Below are positions 47,638-61,600 of a DNA stretch of 64,000 nt, in pieces; the first letter of the stretch is position 1; every line of letters starts with the position of its first letter. This DNA is from Eledone cirrhosa. Its lineage: Eukaryota. Made by a program: the position numbers and the translations under genes. The stretch is from positions 3,534,001 to 3,598,000 of the forward strand of contig OZ024759.1 of NCBI GenBank assembly GCA_964016885.1, written 5' to 3'. Under the pieces are notes generated by a model. The model was not told where the DNA came from. It did not search any database and saw only the letters and a list, made by a program, of their open reading frames with translations.

Positions 47638-48305
47638 CCATCAGCTCGGTTTAAATGAGATTATACGAAAAGGGAAACATCATTATCATCATTGTCGTTT
47701 AACGTCTATCTTCCACGCGAGCATGGGTTTACAATTATAAACAATTATACAAGTACACATACACAGAAGAAGTTCTTTTCAAAGGGGAAGCAACTCACAC
47801 TGTAATTTACGAAGCCTTAGTCACTTCTAACCGACCAAATCAATAACAAGAGGTTAAATCCTATGTAGGTATGGCGGAGGGCCAGTTTAAAGAATGCTTC
47901 CTGAATCAACTGTCGACATTCAGACACCTGGACAAACGATCGTCCACGAAGCTCACAAGTCACATGTGGTCTCTCAAGACGCAGGCGTGGATTACTCCAT
48001 TCAATGGAAAGTTATTACTGAGTCTATACGGAAATGGGATTCGTCTTGTGGGCTGTGCATTGAAGAAAGAATCAATATCCTGAGTAGTTACGTAATAGTG
48101 CTTGTCTAAATTCAAGAATTTAAAAGCTCCAAACTGACTACTGGATGTAACTTCTAGACCGAATACCATAAATAACTTATTGTATTCTGAGCTTTCGCTG
48201 TTGCCTCTAATGTGAGTTGCCTTCCCTTTGAGAAGAACTTCTGCACATGTGTATTTGTATAATTGTCTCCCTTTCCATATAATCTCATTTGAACTGAGCT
48301 AATGA
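47638..48305 (+). mobile_element. Penelope-like element remnant (GIY-YIG endonuclease fragment) bracketed by inverted repeats
   Basis: VIYEALV...KSYVGMAEGQFKECF..STFRH..STKLTSHMWSLK/..DYSIQWKVI..CGLCIEERINIL. 47638-47800 (split by a ~55-bp insertion) is inverted relative to 48210-48305. Confidence 0.7.
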
Positions 48306-48379
48306 TCCAACTTAGGTGAAACAAATTGTTTTCGGAAATGGTGAATTAACTGTTGTCGAACTACTTATATATATAAATA

Positions 48380-48706
48380 TGGAGGCACATGGCTTAGTGG
48401 TTAGAGCATTGGCCTTGCAATCGAAAGGTTGTGAGTTCAATTCTCAGACTGGGTGATGTGTTGTTTCCTTGAGCAAGACAATTTATTTCACATTGCTCCA
48501 GTTTACTCAGCTGTAGAAATGAGATGATAGGGACTGGGGTCCATATCATTCCACTGCAAAGTGGTCGTGGAGGTGCCACGGCAAAAAAGCACCCAGCACT
48601 CACTGTAAATGGGGTTGGTGTTAGGAAGGGCATCCAGCTGTAGAAATCAAGCCAGAATCAGTTCCCATCCCACCCTTGCAAACAGGGAAAAAGCGGACAT
48701 AAAATG
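48380..48706 (+). mobile_element. tRNA-headed SINE with RTE tail (family 2)
   Basis: Homologous to 12214-12551. Confidence 0.85.
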
Positions 48707-49084
48707 GAAATATATATATATGTATAGATAAATAAATATTTGCTCTAGGGTTCTTATATATTTGATATATATTTATCCTTATCGAGCCCTCTTTGGATTT
48801 TAGTCTTCACATTTATTATTATTACTATATATATACAGTATATATATGATAGACAGAGAGAGAGATTATAATATAGAGATTTTATAGTTGTAGACAAACT
48901 ACATATAGACTCACAGACACACATAGACACTCACATACGCATGCATGTGTACAAAGAAATATATATTTCTTTGTAATCTTGCTCATGGAAGTCAGTGACA
49001 GGCATGTACATCATTGGATGTACATGCCTGTCACTTTATGAGACCCATAAACTCTACGACAAATATTACATATGTGTTGTGCTG

Positions 49085-49400
49085 GTGTGTTACGTAGAGC
49101 TATGGTGCAGCTACACTTAGAATTTGCATCACCAGTCTGACACTCCTGTCTTGCTCAGAATATTGACCTCCTGGAGACTGTTCAAAAACATGCAACCAAG
49201 CGAATACCCTCCATCAGTCATCTACAATACTCTGAACCCCTGGCATGGATACATTGAAGCTCCGACATCTGGCAACTGACTTGGTAAACATCCACAAAAT
49301 TATTAACCATCTTACCAACAACAACCCCGAGCACCTTTTTGAATTCCATGTGTCTAACACACGTGGACATGCTAACAAAGTCAGAAAACAGCACAGTTGC
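49085..49400 (+). mobile_element. CR1-like LINE RT C-terminal fragment
   Basis: AMVQLHLEFASPV*HSCLAQNIDLLETVQKHATKRIPSI..; ends at AACAAAGTCAGAAAACAGCACAG, as in the 32340 copy. Confidence 0.7.
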
Positions 49401-50654
49401 TAGGTCATGTGTAGCTAGGTCAGGTCAGGTTTCTGCTTGCTACTGGTACCTTATAACTCAGTACAACCTGCTTCATGGTAGAGTAGGCGGTGACTAAAAC
49501 AGTTCCCCTACCAAACCAGGGTCTAGTGGGGGAGCTGGTTTAGGGGAACCCCAGCAGCACAAAATGATGAGCTGTTAAAGTTCTATCTCATAAGAGACTT
49601 TTAATGATAGAGGCCCCAGTCAAGTTGTTACAGCTCACATGTGTTAGTTTAGCTGATCCCCTACATGGTTCTATCTCAGAGGCGATTTCTCAGCTGTTTT
49701 AATGAAAAACAATATGAAAAAATGTGCCCTGGTTAAGATACATAAAATTTCATGAGAATAAATTCTTACATTTATCGTCATTATATGTTCATTTTTTTAA
49801 ATGTTTGCAGGGATTGAATGGATCTTATCTAGCAGAGTTTCCCTCCACAGTTCCTTAGTGATCTCTGTGAGGTTCACTCCATCTCATCTGCCCAAGTCTT
49901 CCTCTACTTCTTTCCATCGAGATCTCTTGGCACTTCTTCACCCAACAATCATCATCCATATGCATCACATGTCCATACCAGCAGAGAACACTACATCTGA
50001 ATCCTCATATCTAATTATTATTTCAGCTCATCTGAGCTTTGACTTCCATGCACATTAACATCACACATCCATTAGAACATGTTTGACTCATTTCTCTTCA
50101 GACATTGCATATCTTCTCTATTTACTGCCCATGTCTCATTACATGCAGCACCATACTTTGTATTTAGCCAGAATACAGCCTACCGACCATACAACATTAT
50201 ACAGCCATCATTCACTGACAATTCTCCATGGTTATAAAGGCCCCCATCAGTCTCTAATGATCATGGTTTTGTACCTAGAAAGTTTCCCTCCAAGGAATAA
50301 GCCTGGGCAAGGTTTGTTTGTGGAAGACCAGCAGTCACCCATGCATACCAGCCTCCCTTCTCCATGCCACCGATGATGTCCAAGGCAAAGGCAATGGTTG
50401 AGACAGCTTGGCACCAGTGACGTCGCAACTCATTTACAGCTGAGTAAACTGGAGCAATGTGAAATAAACTCAGTCTGAGAATTGAACTCACAATCTCTCA
50501 ATTGCAAGCCCAACACTCTAAGCACTAAGCCGTGGTTATACAACATCAGATTTCATATGTAGGTAACATACAACCTCTCTTTCCTATGTAGAGAGAAACC
50601 ATTCATTGTCAAGAGAGAAGCTCCCAGGACATATATACATTAAGCTATACTTAC

Positions 50655-50880
50655 ATGTGTAAGTACATTGACATTGCTCCAAATCTCCTTGCCGATATTA
50701 TGTCTCATCATTATCTCTATAGCAGTTCCATTAGGAATCAATATGGTGTAATCACATTTCTGGAAGCCACACTGTGCATAATCTTTGGGCAGATAAGCCT
50801 GGCTATTGTGGCTGTTTGAAGTTTTATCATCAGTCAGTTCATGTTGTAGTCCAGTTACACGTAAAGCAGAAAATGGTTGC
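50655..50880 (-). CDS. Fasciclin (FAS1)-domain protein exon
   Basis: ttgttag|...|gtaagt, 226 bp, phase 2-0. Joins the upstream exon in frame (AT+G = Met). Contains the H1-like motif YTILIPNGTAIE. Confidence 0.78.
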
Positions 50881-50897
50881 CTAACAAATAATAATAA

Positions 50898-51068
50898 TGG
50901 TTTCTGATTTAAGCACAAGGCCAACAATTTGGGGGAATGGGAAAGTTCATTAAATTTACACCATAAGGATGAAAGGCAAAGCTAATCTCGGTGGGATTTG
51001 AGCTCAGAACGTAACTATGCCGCTAAGCATGTTATCCGACACTCTACCGATTCTGCCAATCCACTGCC
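50898..51068 (-). mobile_element. tRNA-derived SINE, family 1
   Basis: Homologous to 315-495. Confidence 0.75.
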
Positions 51069-51739
51069 CTGTGGTAGTAGTAATAGTAATAATAATACCT
51101 GTCCTGCACAAACAACAATATAACTCTCAAAGAAACTGAGAAATTAATCAAATATAAAGATTTGGAGACAGAAATAAGCTGAATATGGATGTTGAAAACA
51201 GAAACAATTCCCCTAGTAATAGGGAATGATTTAAAAAACAATACAGATACATAAGTAAAGTCCCATGACAAATATATATAACATGCTGAAAATAACACTA
51301 CTAGATACTATAAACATATTACAATTTGTGAGGATATAAAAATGATATATTTTCCTTATTTCACACGAGAATACTCTTTGTTCTAAAGCTAGTCTTGTTA
51401 ACCACTCATGGCTACATGAACTAAGGTAAGTTAATAACAGCTCATTCAAGGACCATATGTTGGCTCATGTAGCATACATTTATCTTGATTCTCAATTGCA
51501 TTTAACTGAGAAGCGACATCTATGTCGTGGTAAACCTGTTGATGGTCTGAAGAGACACGTGACTGAAGACAATATTGTCTTTATTATGCATTGCTTTTAA
51601 AGCTAAAAATCATCAGATGTCAAAAATATTAGAGACAAAAAATGATGTCAACAACTACAACAATAAGAAAATGAGGGAGATATGACAAAACAAGTAAAAG
51701 AAAACATTAGATTGATTAATATTTCAGAGTTGTACTTGT

Positions 51740-52055
51740 CTAGCAGATGTCTTGATCTGAGACTGTGTTGTAAATGTCTGGCAGATGACTTGATCTGAGA
51801 CTGTTGTACATGTCTGGCAGTTGACTTGATCTGAGACTGTGTTGTACATGTCTGGCAGATGACTTGATTCTGAGACTGTGTTGTACATGTATACCAGATG
51901 ATTGATCTGAGACTATGTTGTACATGTCTGACATATGACTTGATCTGAGACTGTGTTGTACATGTCTGACAAGTGACTTGATCTGAGTGTGTTGTACATG
52001 TCTGGCAGGTGAGTTGATCCGAGACTGTGTTGGTGTGTATATGTCTGGCAGGTGA
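51740..52055. repeat. ~38-bp minisatellite, ~8 copies
   Basis: Unit GACTTGATCTGAGACTGTGTTGTACATGTCTGGCAGAT. Confidence 0.9.
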
Positions 52056-52220
52056 CCATGTCATTGATAGAGCCTCACTATCAGTGACTGTGTCAGTGAC
52101 ACGGTCATAAAATATGCAATGAAAATTTTGACACTAAGAAATGTAAAAATAAATGTAAAAATAAATGACTAATTTTAACTAATTAGTCAAAAATAAATGA
52201 AAAAAAAAAAAAAATTTTAC

Positions 52221-52371
52221 ATTTGAAGCCAAGGGTGATTATAGATGAGACTGGGTATATCCAAATCAGGAATGCCAAATACTTTATCAATCTTTTGAAT
52301 GAGGCCGTTAGTACAACCAATGTCTGCAGTAATTAGTTTAGCTTGGACACCGGCACCATCAACATAACGAT
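52221..52371 (-). CDS. Fasciclin (FAS1)-domain protein exon
   Basis: tccacag|...|gtaaaa, 151 bp, phase 1-2; [34 protein letters not shown] carries the FAS1 H2 motif (DIxxxNGxIxxIDxV). Confidence 0.85.
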
Positions 52372-52687
52372 CTGTGGAGACAGAAATTATAAAACAACAA
52401 TGTCTTAGCAATGATTTAACACGTGTGTATGTGTACGAATGTGTGAGTGTGTGTGCATATGAGTGTCTATATGTATATGTGCGCATGTGTACATGTGTTT
52501 ATGTGTGTCAACAAGAATATGTATCTGTGTGCATATGTATATTTGTGTGTGTGTGTGTGCGTATGTGTCTATGTGTGTTGTGTGTCTATGTGTGTGTGTC
52601 TATGTGTCTACGTTTATGTGTCTCCATGTATATGTGTATGTGTGAGTATGTATGTGTGTCTAAGTATATATGTGTCTGTGAGTGAGC

Positions 52688-55600
52688 GTGTCTACAGAGC
52701 CTGTGTGGCTACAATGTCTGTGTGTCTACAGAGCCTGTGTGGCTACAATGTCTGTGTGTCTACAGTGTCTGTGTGGCTACAGTGTCTGTGTCTACAGTGA
52801 CTGTGTGTCTACAATGTCTGTGTGTCTACAATGTCTGTGTGTCTACAATGTCTGTGTGTCTACAGTGCCTGTGTCTACATTGTCTGTGTCTACAATGTCT
52901 GTGTGTCTACAGTGTCTGTGTGTCTACAATGCCTGTGTGTCTACAGTGTCTGTGTCTCTACAGTGTCTGTGTATCTACAATGTCTGTGTGTCTACAGTGT
53001 CTGTGTGTCTACAGTGTCTGTGTCTACAGTGTCTGTGTGTCTACAGTGTCTGTGTCTACAGTGTCTGTGTGTCTACAGTGTCTGTGTGTCTACAATGTCT
53101 GTGTGTCTACAGTGTCTGTGTGTCTACAGTGCCTGTGTCTACAGTGTCTGTGTTTCTATAGTGACTGTGTCTACAGTGTCTGTGTGTCTACAGTGTCTAC
53201 AATGTCTGTGTGTCTACAATGTCTGTGTCTACAGTGTCTGTGTCTACAGTGTCTGTGTCTACAGTGTCTGTGTGTCTACAGTGTCTGTGTCTACAGTGTC
53301 TGTGTGTCTACAATGTCTGTGTGTCTACAGTGTCTGTGTGTCTACAATGTCTGTGTGTCTACAGTGTCTGTGTCTACAGTGTCTGTGTGTCTACAGTGTC
53401 TGTGTGTCTACAGTGTCTGTGTCTACAGTGTCTGTGTGTCTACAGTGTCTGTGTGTCTACAGTGTCTGTGTGTCTACAGTGACTGTGTGTCTACAGTGTC
53501 TGTGTGTCTACAATGTGTGTCTACAGTGTCTACAATGTCTGTGTGTCTACAATGTCTGTGTCTACAGTGTCTGTGCCTACAGTGTCTGTGTCTACAGTGT
53601 CTGTGTCTACAGTGTCTGTGTGTCTACAATGTCTGTGTGTCTACAGTGTCTGTGTCTACAGTGTCTGTGTGTCTACAGTGTCTGTGTGTCTACAGTGACT
53701 GTGTGTCTACAATGTCTGTGTGTCTACAATGTCTGTGTCTACAGTGTATGTGTGTCTACAGTGTCTGTGTGCCTACAATGTCTGTGTGTCTACAATGCCT
53801 GTGTCACTACATTGTCTGTCTCTACATTGTCTGTGTCTACAGTGTCTGTGTGTCTACAATGTCTGTGTGTCTACAGTGTCTGTGTGTCTACAGTGTCTGT
53901 GTGTCTACAATGTCTGTGTCTCTACAGTGTCTGTGTCTACAGTGTCTGTGTGTCTACAATGTCTGTGTGTTTACAATGTCTGTGTCTACAGTGTCTGTGT
54001 GTCTACAGTGTCTGTGTGTCTACAATGTCTGTGTGTCTGTGTGTCTACAATGTCTGTGTGTCTACAGTGTCTGTATCTACAGCGTCTGTATCTACAGTGT
54101 CTGTCTCTCTACAGTGCCTGTGTCTACAATGTCTGTGTGTCTACAGTGTCTGTGTGTCTACAGTGTCTGTGTCTACAGTGTCTGTGTGTCTACAGTGTCT
54201 GTGTGTCTACAATGTCTGTGTGTCTACAGTGTCTGTGTGCCTACAGTGTCTGTGTGTCTACAGTGTATGTGTCTACAGTGACTGTGTGTCTACAGTGTCT
54301 GTGTGTCTACAATGTTTGTGTGTCTACAGTGTCTCTGTGTCTACAATGCCTGTCTACAGTGCCTGTGTCTACAGTGCCTGTGTCTACAATGTCTGTGTGT
54401 CTACAGTGTCTGTGTGTCTACAGTGTCTGTGTGTCTACAGTGTCTGTGTGTCTACAGTGTCTGTGTGTCTACAGTGTCTGTGTTTCTACAGTGTCTGTGT
54501 GTCTACAGTGACTGTATATACAGTGTCTGTGTGTCTACAGTGTCTGTGTGTCTGTGTGTCTACAACGCCTGTGTCTACAGTGTCTGTGTGTCTACAATAT
54601 CTGTGTCTACAGTGTCTGTGTGTCTAAAATGTCTGTGTCTACAGTGACTGTGTGTCTACAGTGTGTGTGTGTCTACAATGTCTGTGTGTCTACAGTGTTT
54701 GTGTGTCTACAGTGTCTCTGTGTCTACAATGCCTGTGTCTACAGTGCCTGTGTCTACAATGTCTGTGTCTACAATGTCTGTGTGTCTACAGTGTCTGTGT
54801 GTCTACAGTGTCTATGTCTAGTGTCTGTGTGTCTACAGTGTCTGTGTCTACAGTGTCTGTGTGTCTACAGTGTCTGTGTGTCTACAATGTCTGTGTGTCT
54901 ACAATGTCTGTGTGTCTACAATGTCTGTGTGTCTACAGTGTCTGTGTGTCTACAGTGTCTGTGTGTCTACAGTGACTGTATATACAGTGTCTGTGTGTCT
55001 ACAGTGTCTGTGTGTCTACAGTGTCTGTGTGTCTACAATGCCTGTGTCTACAGTGTATGTGTGTCTACAGTGTCTGTGTCTACTGTGTCTACAGTGCCTG
55101 TGTCTACAGTGTCTGAGTCTACAATGTCTGTGTGTCTACAGTGTCTGTGTGTGTACAGTGTCTGTGTCTACAGTGTCTGTGTCTACAGTGTCTGAGTCTA
55201 CAATGTCTGTGTGTCTACAATGCCTGTGTCTACAGTGTCTGTGTGTCTGTGTCTACAGTGTCTGTGACTACAAAGCCTGTGTCTACAGTGTCTGTGTGTC
55301 TACAGTGTCTGTGTCTACAGTGTCTGTGTCTGCAGTGTCTGAGTCTACAATGTCTGTGTGTCTACAGTGTCTGTGTCTACAGTGTCTGTGTGTCTACAGT
55401 GTCTGTGTGTCTACAATGTCTGTGTGTCTACAGTGTCTGTGTGTCTACAGTGTCGGTGTGTCTACAGTGTCTGTGTGTCTACAGTGTATGTGTCTACAGT
55501 GACTGTGTGTCTACAGTGTCTGTGTGTCTACAATGTTTGTGTGTCTACAGTGTCTCTGTGTCTACAATGCCTGTGTCTACAGTGCCTGTGTCAACAGTGC

Positions 55601-58600
55601 CTGTGTCTACAATGTCTGTGTGTCTACAGTGTCTGTGTGTCTACAGTGTCTGTGTGTCTACAGTGTCTGTGTGTCTACAGTGTCTGTGTTTCTACAGTGT
55701 CTGTGTGTCTACAGTGACTGTATATACAGTGTCTGTGTGTCTACAGTGTCTGTGTGTCTACAGTGTCTGTGTGTCTACAATATCTGTGTCTACAGTGTCT
55801 GTGTGTCTAAAATGTCTGTGTCTACAGTGACTGTGTGTCTACAGTGTCTGTGTGTCTACAATGTCTGTGTGTCTACAGTGTCTGTGTGTCTACAGTGTCT
55901 CTGTGTCTACAATGCCTGTGTCTACAGTGCCTGTGTCTACAATGTCTGTGTGTCTACAGTGTCTGTGTGTCTACAGTGTCTATGTCTACAGTGTCTGTGT
56001 GTCTACAGTGTCTGTGTCTACAGTGTCTGTGTGTCTACAGTGTCTGTGTGTCTACAGTGTCTATGTCTACAGTGTCTGTGTGTCTACAGTGTCTATGTCT
56101 ACAGTGTCTGTGTGTCTACAGTGACTGTATATACAGTGTCTGTGTGTCTACAGTGTCTGTTTGTCTACAATGCCTGTGTCTACAGTGTATGTGTGTCTAC
56201 AGTGTCTGTGTCTACTGTGTCTACAGTGTCTGAGTCTACAATGTCTGTGTGTCTACAGTGTCTGTGTGTGTACAGTGTCTGTGTCTACAGTGTCTGAGTC
56301 TACAATGCCTGTGTGTCTACAATGCCTGTGACTACAGTGTCCGTGTGTCTGTGTCTACAGTGTCTGTGTCTACAATACCTGTGTCTAGAGTGTCTGTGTG
56401 TCTACAGTGTCTGAGTCTACAATGTCTGTGTGTCTACAATGCCTGTGTCTACAGTGTCCGTGTGTCTGTGTCTACAGTGTCTGTGACTACAAAGCCTGTG
56501 TCTACAGTGTCTGTGTGTCTACAGTGTCTGTGTCTACAGTGTCTGAGTCTACAATGTCTGTGTGTCTACAGTGTCTGTGTCTACAGTGTCTGTGTGTCTA
56601 CAGTGTCTGTGTGTCTACAATGTCTGTGTGTCTACAGTGTCTGTGTGTCTACAGTGTCTGTGTGTCTACAGTGTATGTGTCTACAGTGACTGTGTGTCTA
56701 CAGTGTCTGTGTGTCTACAATGTTTGTGTGTCTACAGTGTCTCTGTGTCTACAATGCCTGTGTCTACAGTGCCTGTGTCAACAGTGCCTGTGTCTACAAT
56801 GTCTGTGTGTCTACAGTGTCTGTGTGTCTACAGTGTCTGTGTGTCTACAGTGTCTGTGTCTACAGTGTCTGTGTGTCTACAATGTCTTTGTGTCTACAAT
56901 GTCTGTGTGTCTACAGTGTCTGTGTCTACAGTGTCTGTGTGTCTACAGTGTCTGTGTCTACAGTGTCTGTGTGTCTACAGTGTCTGTGTGTCTACAGTGT
57001 CTGTGTCTACAGTGTCTGTGTGTCTACAGTGTCTGTGTCTACAGTGTCTGTGTGTCTACAATGTCTGTGTGTCTACAATGTCTGTGTGTCTACAATGTCT
57101 GTGTGTCTACAGTGTCTGTGTGTCTACAGTGTCTGTGTGTCTACAGTGTCTGTGTGTCTACAGTGACTGTGTATCTACAGTGTCTGTGTGTCTACAATGC
57201 CTGTGTCTCTACATTGTCTGTGTCTACAGTGTCTGTGTGTCTACAATGTCTGTGTGTCTACAGTGTCTGTGTGTCTACAGTGTCTGTGTGTCTACAATGT
57301 CTGTGTCTCTACATTGTCTGTGTCTCTACAGTGTCTGTGTCTACAGTGTCTGTGTGTCTACAATGTCTGTGTGTCTACAATGTCTGTGTGTCTACAATGT
57401 CTGTGTGTCTACAATGTCTGTGTGTCTAAAATGTCTGTGTGTCTACAGTGTCTGTGTGTCTACAGTGTCTGTGTGTCTACAGTGTCTGTGTTTCTACAGT
57501 GTCTGTGTGTCTACAGTGTCTGTGTGTGTACAGTGTCTGTGTCTACAGTGTCTGTGTCTACAGTGTCTGAGTCTACAATGTCTGTGTGTCTACAGTGTCT
57601 GTGTGTGTACAGTGTCTGTGTCTACAGTGTCTGAGTCTACAATGTCTGAGTCTACAATGTCTGTGTGTCTACAATGCCTGTGTCTACAGTGTCCGTGTGT
57701 CTGTGTCTACAGTGTCTGTGTCTACAATACCTGTGTCTACAGTGTCTGTGTGTCTACAGTCTCTGAGTCTACAATGTCTGTGTGTCTACAATGCCTGTGT
57801 CTACAGTGTCCGTGTGTCTGTGTCTACAGTGTCTGTGAATACAATGCCTGTGTCTACAGTGTCTGTGTGTCTACAGTGTCTGTGTCTACAGTGTCTGTGT
57901 CTACAGTGTCTGAGTCTACAATGTCTGTGTGTCTACAGTGTCTGTGTCTACAATGTCTGTGTCTACAGTGTCCGTGTGTCTGTCTACAGTGTCTGTGTGT
58001 CTACAGTGTCTGTGTCTACAGTGACTGTGTGTCTACAGTGTCTGTGTGTCTACAATATGTGTCTACAGTGTCTGTGTCTACAGTGTCTGTGTGTCTACAC
58101 TGTCTGTCTGTCTACAGTGTTTGTGTATCTACAGTGTCTGTGTGTCTACAATGTATGTGTGTCTACAGTGTCTGTGTGTCTACGTCTGTGTGTCTACAGT
58201 GTCTGTGTGTCTACAGTGTATGTGTCTCTACATTGTCTGTGTGTCTACAGTGTCTGGGTCTACAGTGTCTGTGTGTCTACAGTGTCTGTGTGTCTACAGT
58301 GTCTGTGTGTCTACAGTGTCTGTGTGTCTACAGTGTCTGTGTCTACAGTGTCTGTCTGTCTACAGTGTCTGTGTCTACAGTGTCTGTGTGTCTACAATGT
58401 CTGTGTGTCTACAATGTCTGTGTGTCTACAGTGTCTGTGTCTACAGTGTCTGTGTGTCTACAGTGTCTGTGTCTACAGTGTCTGTGTGTCCACAGTGTCT
58501 GTGTCTACAGTGTCTGTGTGTCTACAGTGTCTGTGTCTACAGTGTCTGTGTGTCTACAGTGTCTGTGTCTACAGTGTCTGTGTGTCTACAGTGTCTGTGT

Positions 58601-61600
58601 GTCTACAATGTCTGTGTGTCTACAATGTCTGTGTGTCTACAATATCTGTGTGTCTACAGTGTCTGTGTGTCTACAGTGTCTGTGTATCTACAGTGCCTGT
58701 GTGTCTACAGTGACTGTGTGTCTACAGTGTCTGTGTGTCTACAATGCCTGTGTCTCTACATTGTCTGTGTCTACAGTGTCTGTGTGTCTACAATGTCTGT
58801 GTGTCTACAATGTCTGTGTCTCTACAGTGTCTGTGTGTCTACAATGTCTGTGTGTTTACAATGTCTGTGTCTACAGTGTCTGTGTGTCTACAGTGTCTGT
58901 GTGTCTACAATATCTGTGTGTCTACAATATCTGTGTGTCTACAGTGTCTGTATCTACAGTGTCTGTGTCTCTACAGTGTCTGTGTCTACAATGTCTGTGT
59001 GTCTAAGGTGTCTGTGTGTCTACAGTGTCTGTGTGTCTACAATGTCTGTGTGTCTACAGTGACTGTGTGTCTACAGTGTCTGTGTGTCTAAAATGTCTGT
59101 GTCTACAGTTTCTGTGTGTCTACAGTGTCTGTGTGTCTACAATGTCTGTGTGTCTACAGTGTCTGTGTCTACAGTGTCTGTGTCTACAGTGTCTGTGTGT
59201 CTAAAATGTCTGTGTCTACAGTGACTGTGTGTCTACAGTGTCTACAATGTTTGTGTGTCTACAGTGTCTCTGTGTCTACAATGCCTGTGTCTACAGTGCC
59301 TGTGTCTACAATGACTGTGTGTCTACAGTGTCTGTGTGTCTACAGTGTCTGTGTCTACAGTGTCTGTGTGTCTACAGTGTCTGTGTGTCTACAGTGTCTG
59401 TGTGTCTACAATGTCTGTGTGTCTACAGTGTCTGTGTGTCTACAGTGTCTCTGTGTCTACAATGCCTGTGTCTACAGAGCCTGTGTCTACAATGTCTGTG
59501 TGTCTACAGTGTCTGTGTCTACAGTGTCTGTGTGTCTACAGTGTCTGTGTGTCTACAATGTCTGTGTGTCTACAATGTCTGTGTGTCTACAATGTCTGTG
59601 TGTCTACAGTGACTGTATATACAGTGTCTGTGTGTCTACAGTGTCTGTGTGTCTACAGTGTCTGTGTGTCTACAGTGTCTGTGTGTCTAAAATGTCTGTG
59701 TCTACAGTTACTGTGTGTCTACAGTGTCTGTGTGTCTACAATGTCTGTGTGTCTACAGTGTCTGTGTGTCTACAGTGTCTGTGTGTCTACAGTGTCTGTG
59801 TGTCTACAGTGACTGTGTGTCTACAATGTCTGTGTGTCTACAATGTCTGAGTGTCTACAATGTCTGTGTGTCTACAATGTCTGTGTGTCTACAGTGCCTG
59901 TGTCTACAATGTCTGTGTGTCTACAGTGTCTGTGCCTACAATGCCTGTGTCTACAATGCCTGTGTCTACAGTGTCTGTGTGTCTACAGTGTCTGAGTCTA
60001 CAATGTCTGTGTGTCTACAGTGTCTGTGTCTACAGTGTCCGTGTGTCTGTGTACATTGTCCGTGTGTCTACAGTGTCTGTGTCTACAGTGTCTGTGTGTC
60101 TACAGTGTCTGTGTCTACAGTGTCTGTGTGTCTACGTCTGTGTGTCTACACTGTCTGTCTGTCTACAGTGTTTGTGTGTCTACAGTGTCTGTGTGTCTAC
60201 AATGTCTGTGTCTACAGTGTTTGTGTGTCTACAGTGTCTGTGTGTCTACAGTGTCTGTGCCTACAGTGTCTGGGTGTCTACAATGTCTGTGTGTCTACAG
60301 TGTCTGTGTGGCTACAGTGTCTGTGTGTCTACAGTGTATGTGTCTACAGTGACTGTGTGTCTACAGTGTCTGTGTGTCTACAATGTTTGTGTGTCTACAG
60401 TGTCTCTGTGTCTACAATGCCTGTGTCTACAGTGCCTGTGTCAACAGTGCCTGTGTCTACAATGTCTGTGTGTCTACAGTGTCTGTGTGTCTACAGTGTC
60501 TGTGTGTCTACAGTGTCTGTGTGTCTACAGTGTCTGTGTTTCTACAGTGTCTGTGTGTCTACAGTGACTGTATATACAGTGTCTGTGTGTCTACAGTGTC
60601 TGTGTGTCTACAGTGTCTACAGTGTCTGTGTGTCTACAATATATGTGTCTACAGTGTCTGTGTGTCTAAAATGTCTGTGTCTACAGTGACTGTGTGTCTA
60701 CAGTGTCTGTGTGTCTACAATGTCTGTGTGTCTACAGTGTCTGTGTGTCTACAGTGTCTCTGTGTCTACAATGCCTGTGTCTACAGTGCCTGTGTCTACA
60801 ATGTCTGTGTGTCTACAGTGTCTGTGTGTCTACAGTGTCTATGTCTACAGTGTCTGTGTGTCTACAGTGTCTGTGTCTACAGTGTCTGTGTGTCTACAGT
60901 GTCTGTGTGTCTACAGTGTCTATGTCTACAGTGTCTGTGTGTCTACAGTGTCTATGTCTACAGTGTCTGTGTGTCTACAGTGACTGTATATACATTGTCT
61001 GTGTGTCTACAGTGTTTGTGTGTCTACAGTGTCTGTTTGTCTACAATGCCTGTGTCTACAGTGTATGTGTGTCTACAGTGTCTGTGTCTACTGTGTCTAC
61101 AGTGTCTGAGTCTACAATGTCTGTGTGTCTACAGTGTCTGTGTGTGTACAGTGTCTGTGTCTACAGTGTCTGTGTCTACAGCGTCTGAGTCTACAATGCC
61201 TGTGTGTCTACAATGCCTGTGTCTACAGTGTCCGTGTGTCTGTGTCTACAGTGTCTGTGTCTACAATACCTGTGTCTAGAGTGTCTGTGTGTCTACAGTA
61301 TCTGAGTCTACAATGTCTGTGTGTCTACAATGCCTGTGTCTACAGTGTCCGTGTGTCTGTGTCTACAGTGTCTGTGACTACAAAGCCTGTGTCTACAGTG
61401 TCTGTGTGTCTACAGTGTCTGTGTCTACAGTGTCTGTGTCTACAATGTCTGTGTGTCTACAGTGTCTGTGTCTACAGTGTCTGTGTGTCTACAGTGTCTG
61501 TGTGTCTACAATGTCTGTGTGTCTACAGTGTCTGTGTGTCTACAGTGTCTGTGTGTCTACAGTGTATGTGTCTACAGTGACTGTGTGTCTACAGTGTCTG

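Noticed and set aside
48380-48455. tRNA-like sequence (also 12480-12551, 12810-12880, 35005-35075)
   Set aside because: These are SINE heads continuing into SINE bodies; there is no intact acceptor stem or terminator.
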